Positions 1 to 12,669 are shown, counted from the whole stretch's first letter. The stretch: 63,866 nt of DNA, filler included, from Octopus bimaculoides (GCF_001194135.2; 5 parts of 5 records of this genome joined end to end with filler, not necessarily neighbours in it), one strand, 5' to 3'. Program-made: numbers and translations. Notes: generated by a model from the sequence alone, not told the origin.

Positions 1-85
<85 letters not shown>

Positions 86-102
86 CAACAGCAACAACAA
101 CG
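1..102. repeat. (AAT)n/(AAC)n microsatellite
   Basis: Pure AAT run at 1-80 followed by AAC units. Confidence 0.97.
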
Positions 103-146
103 AAAAATACCTTAGGAATGAGAACCCAGGTTCGAAATTTCACCAT

Positions 147-192
147 GACACCTGATGAAGGCTGGAGGGTATATCAGCCGAAACCCTGTGAT
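147..192 (+). ncRNA. Degenerate minimal type I hammerhead ribozyme motif in a short interspersed repeat (~103-248)
   Basis: gacac-CTGATGA(152-158)-a-GGCTG-gagggtatat-CAGCC-GAAAC(180-184)-cct-gtg. Core and 5-bp stem II are intact and stem I has 3 bp (cac/gtg), but the GUH cleavage triplet reads CCT. Confidence 0.65.
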
Positions 193-261
193 AAGAACAA
201 AAAGATGAGAACAAATATCCGTGAAATGTAAATAATGTAAATAATGTATGATTTATCTCTA

Positions 262-571
262 GTGGGGGAGCCACAGAGCACGTGTGTATACGTGCATTGG
301 ACGATTTGGAGGAAGTTATTCGCTTGGTAGTCGCCCACATCCACAGAGCAACCCTGGAGAGAGTGGAGGCCAACTTGGAAGAACGCCTTCAGAAATTCAT
401 CAATTAAAACGGACACCACATGATTGATGTTGTTTTCTGCACTTGATTTTAACAAGTGCTAATTCCATACGAACACACTTATGTCAATAAAATTTATTTG
501 CAGCTAAAATTAATGATTTAGTGTATTTTTCAATTTTTCAAGAACGTCCGATCTCTCTGCTGCACCCTGTA
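262..571 (+). mobile_element. 3' end of a Tc1/mariner-superfamily DNA transposon
   Basis: Hand translation LDDLEEVIRLVVAHIHRATLERVEANLEERLQKFIN*NGHH resembles the C-terminus of Tc1/mariner-type transposases. It ends in caccctg+TA (reverse complement TA-CAGGGTG, a typical TIR tip). Confidence 0.6.
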
Positions 572-580
572 GATATACAT

Positions 581-633
<53 letters not shown>

Positions 634-1644
634 CACTAGCGTTCAATATCCGATTCGCGTTTGGCCCTACGGCTTTTTAACGTCCAATTTTTCCTGTCTT
701 GGTTTGTGTTTGCTACCTTGGAATCCTCTGGTTAGTGGTGTAATCCACTACTCAGGAAGAANNNNNNNNNNNNNNNNNNNNNNNNNNNNNNNNNNNNNNN
801 NNNNNNNNNNNNNNNNNNNNNNNNNNNNNNNNNNNNNNNNNNNNNNNNNNNNNNNNNNNNNNNNNNNNNNNNNNNNNNNNNNNNNNNNNNNNNNNNNNNN
901 NNNNNNNNNNNNNNNNNNNNNNNNNNNNNNNNNNNNNNNNNNNNNNNNNNNNNNNNNNNNNNNNNNNNNNNNNNNNNNNNNNNNNNNNNNNNNNNNNNNN
1001 NNNNNNNNNNNNNNNNNNNNNNNNNNNNNNNNNNNNNNNNNNNNNNNNNNNNNNNNNNNNNNNNNNNNNNNNNNNNNNNNNNNNNNNNNNNNNNNNNNNN
1101 NNNNNNNNNNNNNNNNNNNNNNNNNNNNNNNNNNNNNNNNNNNNNNNNNNNNNNNNNNNNNNNNNNNNNNNNNNNNNNNNNNNNNNNNNNNNNNNNNNNN
1201 NNNNNNNNNNNNNNNNNNNNNNNNNNNNNNNNNNNNNNNNNNNNNNNNNNNNNNNNNNNNNNNNNNNNNNNNNNNNNNNNNNNNNNNNNNNNNNNNNNNN
1301 NNNNNNNNNNNNNNNNNNNNNNNNNNNNNNNNNNNNNNNNNNNNNNNNNNNNNNNNNNNNNNNNNNNNNNNNNNNNNNNNNNNNNNNNNNNNNNNNNNNN
1401 NNNNNNNNNNNNNNNNNNNNNNNNNNNNNNNNNNNNNNNNNNNNNNNNNNNNNNNNNNNNNNNNNNNNNNNNNNNNNNNNNNNNNNNNNNNNNNNNNAGA
1501 GAGATATAGATAGATAGATAGATAGATATATAGATAGATAGATAGAAAGAAAGAACGATTCGTAGATAGATAATTAGATAGATATACATATACTTACATA
1601 AATACAAGTACACACACGCACACACATATATATATGTTAGCCCA

Positions 1645-2292
1645 AGAGTGGCTGTTTTGTATGAACCTTGCCTCCCGTCCACATGCTTCTAGGTTCAGTC
1701 CCACTGCCTGGCATCTTGTGCAAGTGACTTCTGCTATAGCCTCGGGCCAACCAAAGCCTTGTGAGTGGATTAGACGGAAACTGAAAGGAGCCCGTCGTAT
1801 ATATATATATATGTATCTATATATATATATANNNNNNNNNNNNNNNNNNNNNNNNNNNNNNNNNNNNNNNNNNNNNNNNNNNNNNNNNNNNNNNNNNNNN
1901 NNNNNNNNNNNNNNNNNNNNNNNNNNNNNNNNNNNNNNNNNNNNNNNNNNNNNNNNNNNNNNNNNNNNNNNNNNNNNNNNNNNNNNNNNNNNNNNNNNNN
2001 NNNNTATGTATGTGTGTGTGTGTGTGTGTGTATGTGTGTGTGTGTGCGTGCGTGTGTGTGTGTGCGTGTGTGTATGTGTGTGTGTGTGTTTGTGTGTTTA
2101 TGACTCTCCCCTACCATTGCTTGACAACCGAAGTTGGTGTGTTTACGTTGCCGTACCTTAGCGGTTCAGCAAAAGAGACGATAATAAAAGTACTACGCTT
2201 GCAAAGAATAAGTTCTGAGGTCGATTTGTTTGACTAAACGCGCTGCTCTAGCATGGCCGCAGTCGAATGATTGAAACAAGTAAAAAAATAAA
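1645..2292 (+). mobile_element. tRNA-derived SINE family B (CORE-like) with internal (TA)n/(TG)n microsatellite
   Basis: A-box-like tggctg and B-box-like ggttcagtccc; body gcaagtg...ctatagcctcgggcc..ccaaagccttgtgagtggat is shared with the copies at 30.3, 57.5, 61.5 and 62.4 kb. Includes an N gap. Confidence 0.85.
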
Positions 2293-2510
2293 ATACACAT
2301 AGATGTTTATTTATCTATATGTAAGAGAGATGAAGAGGAAAGAATACATTCTCATACAGTAATATCGATAATGATAGACACATAATCACACTTAGGCTGT
2401 GAAATATAATTCACTGTGGATGGAAAATGCTTTTCACTATGATTTATATCATGGAAATTAAATGAATAGTACCAAACTATGGTTATATACAACCTAAAAT
2501 ATTTTTTCAG

Positions 2511-2612
2511 GTAGTTAATGTCGGCCTGAAAAGTCAATTTGCTTGTGATACCCTTGATTCTATCGAGAAATTCTCTGCTCAGGATCACGTTTACGAAACA
2601 GTTAGCGTTTAA
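2511..2612 (+). CDS. Candidate terminal coding exon of an unidentified upstream gene (VVNVGLKSQFACDTLDSIEKFSAQDHVYETVSV*)
   Basis: ttttttcag acceptor ending at 2510, open phase-0 frame to TAA 2610-2612, AATAAA at 2681-2686. No homology recognised. Confidence 0.2.
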   Translation, partial: VVNVGLKSQFACDTLDSIEKFSAQDHVYETVSV

Positions 2613-3639
2613 GTGAAAATTGTTTCCAAATATAGCTGCATTATTATAAGAGCTACGTTGACGACTTACACGAGGTGACCAATAAAATAAATCTGCTGAG
2701 AATAGTATGAGAATTCAAAAGTAATTGCAAACTAAATATATCAGCAAAATACAAGCTTTTAATTTACCAAAGCATTTCTCCATCTTCACACATAATCTCG
2801 GGAATATGTGACATTTTATGAAGCACCACATAACACATGAAGAATTATCAACCACGGGATGATTTGAGGTATATTTTCTACTACTTTTCATTGTGGTGCG
2901 AAGCTGCAATGGCTCAAGTCCATGGTCTTTTCATTGAGTAACCCTCGTGTGTGTGTGTGGGGGGGGATTAAATTTAAGTGCATGACTAACTGCAAACATA
3001 TGCGGCGTTGAAGGGCCTACATTGAGTAAATCCTGTGTTTGCAGACAAGAAAAATATATCCCTTTCCCATTTTAAGCAACATATGGACTCTGTCTTTGTG
3101 GTCATTTTCAACGCTGCAAACTAGAGCCACTGTCGCTTAAGCCAGTAGCTCAGCTCAGTGTCGAATCGATCAGCCTCAGTTCCGTTTTCATAACAGGAGG
3201 TGAAACAGCATCCATACCCTTAGAACTATCTCGTTTTGTGAAACTAACACATTGACTCAAATTACCACATCAGTATATTCGATGATGTTCTCTCTCTGTA
3301 TGTGTACGTGTTTATGGAATTATATCTTGAAATTTATTTTAATCTATTAACATTCTTTTCCAATTTTATCTACTTTTAATCATTATAGCAATCTCTGATG
3401 TCTAAAAGTGCCTTTTGATATTACTGAATTTGGAGAAAATCTGAAGCAAAAATAGCCATATAGGTATATACACAAAAATAGATAATAACTTTTCTGGCTT
3501 CAAACAAACTTTGCAACCAATCTTCTTTATATAGCAACAAAGAATTAAGATTTTGCTCACTATACGTGTGTAATGGCATATAAATTTATAGTGGTATGAA
3601 TGCAAATATGATTGAAATTCTAAACCGCTTTTAGAGTGT

Positions 3640-3921
3640 GCATAATTATTGGTATTATTATTGTTCTTATTACTAATATTGACAGTAATAATAATAATGG
3701 CAATAATGATGATGATGATGATGATGATGATGATTATGATGATGATGATGAACATTTCTTTTATTTTTCAATAATAATGAAAATAAAATGGAAAATGTAA
3801 TACAAGGAACCGCAAGACCAAAAACAGCAATGATAAAATTGAGGATAATGGTAATGAAGATGTAGATGATGACGACAACGACGACGACGACGATGATGAA
3901 GATGGTGACTACAGCGACGAC

Positions 3922-3988
<67 letters not shown>

Positions 3989-4140
3989 TCAACGACAACA
4001 ATAGCAATAATAATAATAATAATTAGAAGAAGAAGAAGAAGAAGAAGAAGAAGAAGAAGAAGAAGAAGAAGAAGAAGAAGATGATGATGAAAGAGGAGGA
4101 GCAGGAGGAGGAGGAGGAGGAGAAGAAGAAAAAGAAGAAA
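3640..4140. repeat. Compound trinucleotide microsatellite (TAT/GAT/GAC/AAT/GAA/GAG)
   Basis: Successive triplet runs; these explain the low-complexity ORFs 3402-3755 and 3866-4084. Confidence 0.95.
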
Positions 4141-4158
4141 TATTGTATAAGCGTATAT

Positions 4159-4300
4159 GTCTTTAACGGAAAGGCTTAAAGCAGAAATTTTCCTCTTTGC
4201 AATAATGACAAACCAAAAACATCTCCAGACAGTCTTTAACGAAAAGGTTACATTGTGAAATTGTTCAATGGGGGGGCTTAGACATCACAGCTTATATAAA
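4159..4300 (+). promoter_or_regulatory. Candidate core promoter (TATATAAA plus duplicated upstream motif)
   Basis: TATATAAA at 4293-4300. The motif gtctttaacg(g/a)aaagg occurs at 4159 and 4232. An ATG-to-donor exon candidate lies 78 nt downstream. Confidence 0.3.
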
Positions 4301-4377
4301 GTATTTGTTCTTTGATTGGTACTGGATTTGTCTAATATGCCTGGAATAAATACTGTACGCCTTACTTTGATGTCGTA

Positions 4378-4483
4378 ATGGCATCAGAGACAAACGGTCT
4401 ACATCTAGAGGCACTTTGTCAAAGTGTGTGTAACAAGTTCCCGCTAGATCTAAACACTGTTAACGTTAGTTGCTATGAACGCG
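4378..4483 (+). CDS. Candidate first coding exon (MASETNGLHLEALCQSVCNKFPLDLNTVNVSCYER), unidentified protein
   Basis: ATG 4378, 35 open codons plus 1 nt, then a consensus donor G|GTAAGT at 4484; unique, non-repetitive sequence. Confidence 0.35.
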
Positions 4484-4663
4484 GTAAGTAAACACTAAAT
4501 TGATAGTTTCCATTTAGAAAGACGTCATCCTACTGCACACACTCTGTAAGCTTATAGCGCGCAAATATATATTCATATACATATATTTGCAGGCGCATCC
4601 GTTTCCACGTGCAAGAAAATATTGTTTTCTAATCTGACTTTTAACGTCATTCACTTAATACAA

Positions 4664-4734
<71 letters not shown>

Positions 4735-6864
4735 CTCTTACTCTCGTTACTGCTATTTGTGATTCCCTTTAATATGGTTTCCTTCACTTATTCTAATTTT
4801 AATAAATCATTAAAATAGATGTTATGCTGGTATTATTTTCTCTCCAGTACATTTCGATTAAGACTATTTCTCAATACACTGGAAAGCACGAATTACTTGA
4901 TATCCTAAACTATGACAGAAAATAACTTTTTCCTCCATCTAACTCCATTATTCATTCATACTTTCTAAGCTCTAGAACTCCATAGTTATATATTCTTTAA
5001 TTCCGTGTTGTTTCTTGCTATTCGTTTACTGCTTAGTGTTGCTATTACCTTATATTATCATATATAATATCAAAATTGGATATGAATATCGTGCATTAAG
5101 ACATATTCTCGGGAACGGATAAATAATTCTGCATAATTTACTATTAATATTATACGTTTATCTATTACTGGTACGGAATTATTTTATCCCATACTTGATG
5201 TCTTAGTTCAATAAATTTATACTGTTTATCAATCGGTTCCATATGTATAAATTTTGATAATGTCTTGTATGATTGCTATTTATTATATTCTTACTTTGAT
5301 AATTACACATTAGTTAGATGTGTTGATATATCTATTAATTTATTGATTCTGCGTTTGCACTTTTGCATGGGCAATCAATATATTACAATTGTATGTAAAC
5401 TTTTATTATAAATAAAACTTGAAACGTGCAAATCTTTCATAACGATATGCTGCTGGGAATTCAAATTTTATTTTAAGTTTAGTGGAACAATCAATCTGTT
5501 TGGTGAATTAGATCCTTCTATTTTTCAAAATATTGGATGTGTACATCTAGCCAGAAAATTACCATGGATTAGGACTTTATAGAAAGATGTATAATCTAGT
5601 CGTTTTCGAGATTTTGAGCAAAATATAGTTATTGCTGTTGTTTTGTTGTTGTCGTCATGGTGTAGCTAAGTCTCTTTTAATTGGATACTTATATGGCACG
5701 TAGGTAGTCAAACAAATGATAGGGTTCAGTCTATTATATATTGTTCGAAATACAGATTACTTCAACTTGTTGGTTCACTATACATTCACATGCTGTAGAG
5801 AATAGTATATGACGTTGTTTTGAATCCGGAAGGCTTTTGCTCTCTACATAAACTATGTACACATGTAGGTTTTTGTGTCGGTCACAATGACAGCATATCT
5901 GGATCTTTGTTACTTATTAGAAGTTGTCATTTTTCTACCGTGGAAAAAACTCATCCATGTAGTATATTCTTCATTGTATTCAGATCAGATTGCCTAAACT
6001 ACTCATCTCCATCTCATATATATGCAAAGTGACAAGATATATTGTGCTATGTAGATTTATGTATTATGGCAGGCTTTCTGTTATTGACAAAATGAAAATT
6101 ATATTTCGCACTATTTCGGCAAGTATAATCTACATTTAATTTTATTCGACATCATGAAAAAACCGTAACTGATGAGATCGATTTTGCAATCAAATTTTGT
6201 CGAATCTCACATCACAGTGTAAATTATAGTAAAATACATTGAATAAAGCATTCTCCAATAGAGACAAAGAAGATTTGATTATGGATACAGTGCCTTTGTT
6301 AATATATTTACTACATCATTGTTTAACTGGGGCAACGCATTAACAGACGGAAACTTAGGGATACGAAATAACACACCGTATATATAACATAAACGAACGA
6401 AAGTCAACTATAAATATTCGGGTGCTGAATTAATATCCATTGCACTACATGCTATTCCATGTACATATGGTGTTGTATAGAAAACTACGGTAGTCAACGG
6501 GCTAAGCTTACACACAATTTGCCAGTTAACATGACATTTTGGTCCCTTTTGTAGATTGAACACCTGCTATAAAGTAAAAACTGAACCAATAGCTGATTCT
6601 GCATATAAAAATTAGACAATCTTTTATTTAATTCTGAAACTAATCGTTGCTATGTTTCATCCATTGAGTGGACACTATTGAAATGTTGGTTTCCTATTCG
6701 AAACTGTATGAGATGTACCTTTTTGCATATTGAAATGGTCCGATTGTCTACACGTTGCTGGTACTCAGCGTATACATTGTCAGTACATATTATTCACATA
6801 TATTCTTCTGCATTCTACTCCTTACACAAACATATTGAATTGCCGAAAAAATTCTTAGGTATTG

Positions 6865-6910
<46 letters not shown>

Positions 6911-6979
6911 TGAATGTGTGAAGACGGACGCATGGCCTACTGGTTAGGGTGTTGCACTCACAATCTAGACCGGGTGGTG

Positions 6980-7018
<39 letters not shown>

Positions 7019-8075
7019 TCATAGCAGTTGTTTTAATATGCTTTCAGTTAATAATATACAGAATACATGGGAAATAATAAATCCTATAATATCTGAATGA
7101 TTACTTTGCTCATATTGTGATTTTCTACTGCATAGTTTTTGACGTCTCGTTCACGCTCAACCAATCAAAACATTTGTTGAACTGTGAGTAATATTCAACA
7201 AAATATTGAATAATTTCCAAAATTTATTTTCAAGAAACATTTGCTATCAGCCTATTTGCACTAAGGCGTTGCTATAAAGCTACTTACTACCAAAAGGATT
7301 GACGTGAGGATTGATATAAGTAATGATGCATATATATGCCAAGATTGGGCCAACGCGCAGGCAAATAATCGGATATATTATGATAACTTTTAGAACATGG
7401 GACTAGGAAACAGTATTGGTAGAAATTTGTCCTCTGCCGCACGGACTGCTGCTCTCAAATATGTCATCACACAGTTTCAATTTAATAACGGATCGCGAGG
7501 TAGAAACACGAAGAAATTTCCCGCAATAAAACATTTCAACTACTTGTAGAGATTGCACGAAATACAACTCTAATCTCTAGATCAAAGAAAAAATGGGCAT
7601 TGATATACGTATGGAATACAATACCCTACTGCTGACACCAAACTTTGACATCAAGAGTATTACTAGGCTCAAACAAGACGCCACTGCAATGTTCTAAATT
7701 ACCCACCCATCCCGATTAATACATGGTGCTGCAATAGCTTTGGATTCAAAAGCCCAAAGCCATATGCATACTTGCATTCACACAGACTCACATACACGCA
7801 CGCTTACACACTCACTCACTCACACACACATCATATNNNNNNNNNNNNNNNNNNNNNNNNNNNNNNNNNNNNNNNNNNNNNNNNNNNNNNNNNNNNNNNN
7901 NNNNNNNNNNNNNNNNNNNNNNNNNNNATATATATATATATATACAAGAGGAAATCAAAAATATATTATGGTGGCTTCATAGCGGTTTTGACTGCATTTA
8001 CTAGACATGCAAGTGTTTTTACAACCCTCTTGATTATAATTGTGATTTATTCAGTTATACATTCTATATGTATAT

Positions 8076-9030
8076 ATAAAATGGTGCAAAACAATGTAAT
8101 CTTATCTTCAGGGAAATGAAGAAATAAAACTCGTCCAATAAGACATTTTAAGAGAATATGATGGATATGTATAGTGATTAACTGAATGCTATTAAGTTTA
8201 AAAAAAAAACCGTTAGATGATATAACGCCAAAGGTAGCCTATAGAATGAGGAGAGGTAACGATAAGGCCGAATTTTATAACTCTGCCTTACATAAAGAAG
8301 GTTATACAGAGAAAGTTATCTACATTAATTCTATTCAATCTCATTCTACTTTTACTAATGGAGACATAAGGATATAAACGATATCAGTTTTAATTTATAC
8401 GCCAACACCAAATAGAGGAAAGGACAGAACCCTTATCTAAACCCCTTTTTTCATTCTAAAGTTAAATCAATGTCTTTCAAAGATAGTTACACTAAAACTA
8501 AATCAAGTAATAGTAAAACTATTTCGTTAATTATTCCTTATGGGAAGCAAACTAAATCTAATCTTCCTTTACAGTTTCGGGAAGATATTATTAGTAATTT
8601 GTCGAAAAATTGTAGGTATTACTCTATTATCAACTCACACACGGTTAGGATTGGTTTTTCCAACACAAAAAGTCTCTTACAAATTATCTCCTCATATAAT
8701 ATTAGCCTGTTAAATAGGGAAAAATTTACAAATACTAACATTCATTTAGCTAATACCATCCATCCTCCTCGAAGTATTAATAACAAGGTTATTGTATCTG
8801 AAGTCGATTACAACAGAATCAATTTTATGTCAAGTAACTCTAAAATTAAAAATTCTATATACCAGTGTAAAATTACTTCAGGTACCGATGTCTTTTTTAT
8901 ATAGGCAGTTCCTCTTCTCAGTTTATTTAAAATAATTTCTAATCAGTACTCTACATTTAGGGATTGGAATAAACGTAACAGTACAAGGCTTAGTAAATTA
9001 AAGACCATAATAAACAATTTAATGTAGATT
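8076..9030 (+). mobile_element. Degenerate Penelope-like retroelement (RT C-terminus, linker, GIY-YIG endonuclease)
   Basis: AEFYNSALHKEGYTEKVIY, IPYGKQTKSNL...IINSHTVRIGFSNTKSLLQIISSYN, then KNSIYQCKITSGTDVF / frameshift YIGSSS / FKIISNQYSTFRDWNKRNSTRLSKL. These match PLE linker and GIY-YIG motifs; stops and frameshifts are present. Confidence 0.75.
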
Positions 9031-9313
9031 GGTTGATTCTCTCAATGTTGATCCCTTATGATATATTGAATTATGAATTCTGTCTTCTCTGTAATTCTGA
9101 ACTATTTTCTTTTCTAAAAATCTCACTTGTAAACACAGCTATAGAGCATGGATACCGATGTAAACATTGGCAGAAACACACACTTAGTTCATATAAATGA
9201 TATCTATAATTGATATAATTTAAACATTAATTTTCTTCTTACATTTCATATTCACTAGATATTTTTCCAAGACTTTAGAGTTTTATTTAATTTATATCTT
9301 TTTTTTCTTTCCT

Positions 9314-9700
9314 TTACCCCTCCTCTTTCTATAGGCTACCTTTGACGTTATATCCTCTAACGTTTTTATAAAGAAAAAATTAATAGCGTTCTGTTCATCA
9401 CTTTACATTCTATCATATTCTCTTAAGATGTCTTATTGAAGAGTTTTATTTCTTAATTTCCCCGAAGAGAAGATTACATTGTTTTACGCCATTTTATTCC
9501 TTAGGAATAATACCAGTGATATCTTCGAAATATATGTCGAAAGTAAAAAAAATTCAATAACACCCGCGTTTAACTCCATTTATTTATTTATATCTATTAT
9601 ACAAAATATTTCACGTAAACCCAGAGTTTCTACCTTTTTACTTCTGTGATTTTTTATAAACCCAGTATTACGCCCTTTTTACTTGTGTGATTTTTGGCTA
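9314..9700 (-). mobile_element. Second, inverted fragment of the same Penelope-like family
   Basis: 9314-9497 is the reverse complement of 8076-8259 (roughly 80-85% identity by hand). The outer boundary (~9700) is a guess. Confidence 0.7.
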
Positions 9701-9809
9701 CTCTGGTAAATATTTATCTTTTTTCCGTGTTAATTGTAATCAAGGGAAAATGCACACAAACACACAAACACACACATACATACACACACACACACACACA
9801 CACGCACAC

Positions 9810-9862
<53 letters not shown>

Positions 9863-9939
9863 CACCTGCTTGAAACGTAGGTCATGGCTACTTAGTATTC
9901 GTCTTCATTCACTTTTCCATGTTCTATTGGCCCGAACTA

Positions 9940-11159
9940 TTAGATTGTCTCCTATGAAATGTCGCATTTGAAAAAGGGAAACATTAAGATTGTTTTTTGA
10001 GTTTTAGAATATTTATTTATTTAATAAAAGAAATACGATCCTTGTTCATTAACGGCCTTCACCCAACGTTCCCCTAGGGCATATATTTCAAAGAATTTGT
10101 CATCTTTTACACTGATAAAGTGCTCAAATTATTGAATTAACTCTTCGTTAACTGAGAATGTTTTATTGCGTATAGCGAACTTGAAGTGTTTAAATATGTG
10201 ATAATCAGTAGGAGAGATATTAGAAGCATAAAGAGGATGTGACAAAATTTCATAATTCAGGTTCTCCAACTTGTGGACAGTAGTTTGAGACGTGTGAGGC
10301 CGTGCATTATCATGCAACAAAATTGGACCATCTCTATCCACTAATCTGGATGCTTCTTTTTTCAATTTTCCATGCATACAATCAATTTTTCGACAATAGG
10401 ATTCTGCTGTTACAGTTTTTTTTTTGTTTCAAAAATGAATAATGAATAACCCCATTTACTGACCACCATACAGTGACCATCAACTTTTTAGGGTGTAATG
10501 GTTGTTTTGGGTAGTGTTTTGGTGACTTTCCTGTATCTAACCACCGTTTTTTTCTCCTACTGTTATCAAAGAGTATCCATTTCTCATCACACGTAATGAA
10601 TCGTTACAAAAATGGTTCACCTTCCAACCGAGAAATCAACATGAAACATACTGTAAGGCGTCTGTTTCTTTGAATCTCATTTAGTTGACGGGGAACAAAC
10701 CTATCCATCTTTTCGACTCTTCCAATTTTCTTCAAGTGTCGAGAAGCAGTTGCGGGAGATGTCTGGAGCTGTCATCCGATTTTTCGGACCGTTGTTCTCG
10801 GATTTAGTTTAACCAAAACATTCTATTCATCATGCCGTATAACTGATTTTGGTCTCGCTCTTGGTTCATGTTTAAGGTCTTCATTTTCTGAACGAACTCT
10901 TTGGAACAATCTCAGAACAGTTCCAATGTGAACAGAATCGTCACCGAAAGCCCGCTTGATGTTTCACACAGCTTCGGTTGCAGAGTGACCCAACTTATAT
11001 TCGTACAAGAAAATCACTCGGTATTGTTCAGTTGTCAACATTGTCATAAGAGCTGTGGGTAGCAATTTTGAATAATAGTATTATCTAGAAAGACAATAGT
11101 TAAGAGTAAGCACAAGCATATACATAGAAAATCATTAAAAATCCATTGAGACAACCTAA
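9940..11159 (-). mobile_element. Near full-length degenerate mariner (DD34D) transposon with both TIRs and TA TSD
   Basis: N-terminus MLTTEQYRVIFLYEYKLGHSATEAV*NIKRAFG (ATG 11041); catalytic ILLHDNARPH...HPLYASNISPTDYHIF (ORF 10129-10377). TIR tips ttagattgtctc (9940) and ttaggttgtctc (reverse complement, 11159), flanked by TA at 9938-9939 and 11160-11161. Confidence 0.92.
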
Positions 11160-12466
11160 TATATTCAATAGAATAGTTTTCCCCTCTGTGTATGTTATTA
11201 TTTAGACCAAAACTACCATAAGATTCTTATGCTATAGTCCGTCATCGAAGCTGCTTCCTTTCTTAGGACTTAAGGACCTCCATATCATACTAAATACGAC
11301 TTACTGCGTGTACACTCTGCGAATTAATTCTTCCTCATCTGAATATTTTTATTTCGTAACATTATTAAATGCTGTGTTTCTGGGATATGAATTTTGTATT
11401 TTAGATATACAACATGCATGTCTGTGGTAAAGATGAAATGACCCAAGATCTGTTATACTACGTAATTTCTTCATTTATAATAAACAGAATGATGTCTGTG
11501 TTTATCATTATTTCTATCTATTTTTTATATATTAATTTAGTATATTAATTTACTAGGTTGAGCATTAAGGAAATTCAGCCAGCATCACTTTTCAAAAATT
11601 GCAGTAATTATAAGCTAGTTCCAAATATAGACTATTATTCAATATCATCCTTTGGAATCTATTGACCATCAAAAAGACATTTTTCTGCTTTCTATTATAG
11701 TCATCCTTTTCTATACTATCAACATAGATTTTCTTCCTTACTTATTTTCCTTACAAATTTTCTTCTTTCTTAGCTTATCTTTACTCCTTAATATATATTA
11801 CTTCAGCTCAAAGTCCTGTTGGCGTTCTGTAGAGCAGATACATTTCGTAGGTGTGTTTGTTTACTTGCTACAATCCTTTTCTTATCTCTATATACAAAAT
11901 ATTATTTTAGTTTGTTTATGATATAATTCAGTTTCCTCTTCTCCTTAAAATGTTGCTTTAAGGTAAGTATTTTTGCGAAAAGTTGTTTGATAAATTCGTT
12001 CTAATTATATTAGTCCAGTACCGTCCAGAAACGTTTATATGCAACGAGAAAATATTTGCTGCTGGGGAAAGGAATAGATATATTATTAATAAGCATCTAA
12101 ACTTAGAGCTCCTTTCTCATGAATTACTTTAGTTTCCAATTAATAACATAGGCGCTACAGGTCATGCATTCAGTAACAAAGAAGATATTTGCATTTGTTT
12201 TTTTACTGGGGGTTGTTTTTCTCTTCTATATTCCATTGAGATTACATTTCAAGTACCGTCATAGATGTCGGATATTCTTTTCCACGGTTTATTCATAAAT
12301 GCTTATAAATTTTGCTTCACATCCTAATTCGGTTAAGGATGTCTATCGCAATACCGTTTAATTCAATATATCTTCTTTTTTCTGTTAGGATATACATGTA
12401 TATCTAATTTCATTGTTATATTTGCTCTAATTAATTTTTCATTCCAGATAAAAAAAAGAAGCGCCG

Positions 12467-12534
<68 letters not shown>

Positions 12535-12578
12535 NNNNNNNNNNNNNNNNNNNNNNNNNNNNNNNNNNNNNNNNNNNN

Positions 12579-12590
12579 TTAATTAATTAA
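12579..12590. other. Assembly spacer TTAATTAATTAA inside a 44N+12+44N linker (also at 37747-37758, 53183-53194, 61425-61436)
   Basis: Identical 12-mer with stops in all six frames, centred in a 100-bp N block at four places. Confidence 0.95.
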
Positions 12591-12634
12591 NNNNNNNNNN
12601 NNNNNNNNNNNNNNNNNNNNNNNNNNNNNNNNNN

Positions 12635-12669
<35 letters not shown>

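Noticed and set aside
6160-6215. CTGATGA followed by a hairpin
   Set aside because: Followed by GAAT rather than GAAA, with no stem I or NUH; not a hammerhead. No box D partner was found for a C/D snoRNA.
7393-7550. Open frame MGLGNSIGRNLSSAARTAALKYVITQFQFNNGSR...
   Set aside because: Phase is incompatible with the 4378 exon candidate, the donor is weak and no homology was recognised.
12200-12420. Weak minus-strand resemblance to a PLE RT core
   Set aside because: No intact catalytic motif; too degenerate to call by eye.
12579-12590. Recurring palindrome TTAATTAATTAA at four sites
   Set aside because: Always centred in a 44N+44N block; it is an artificial contig spacer, not biology.
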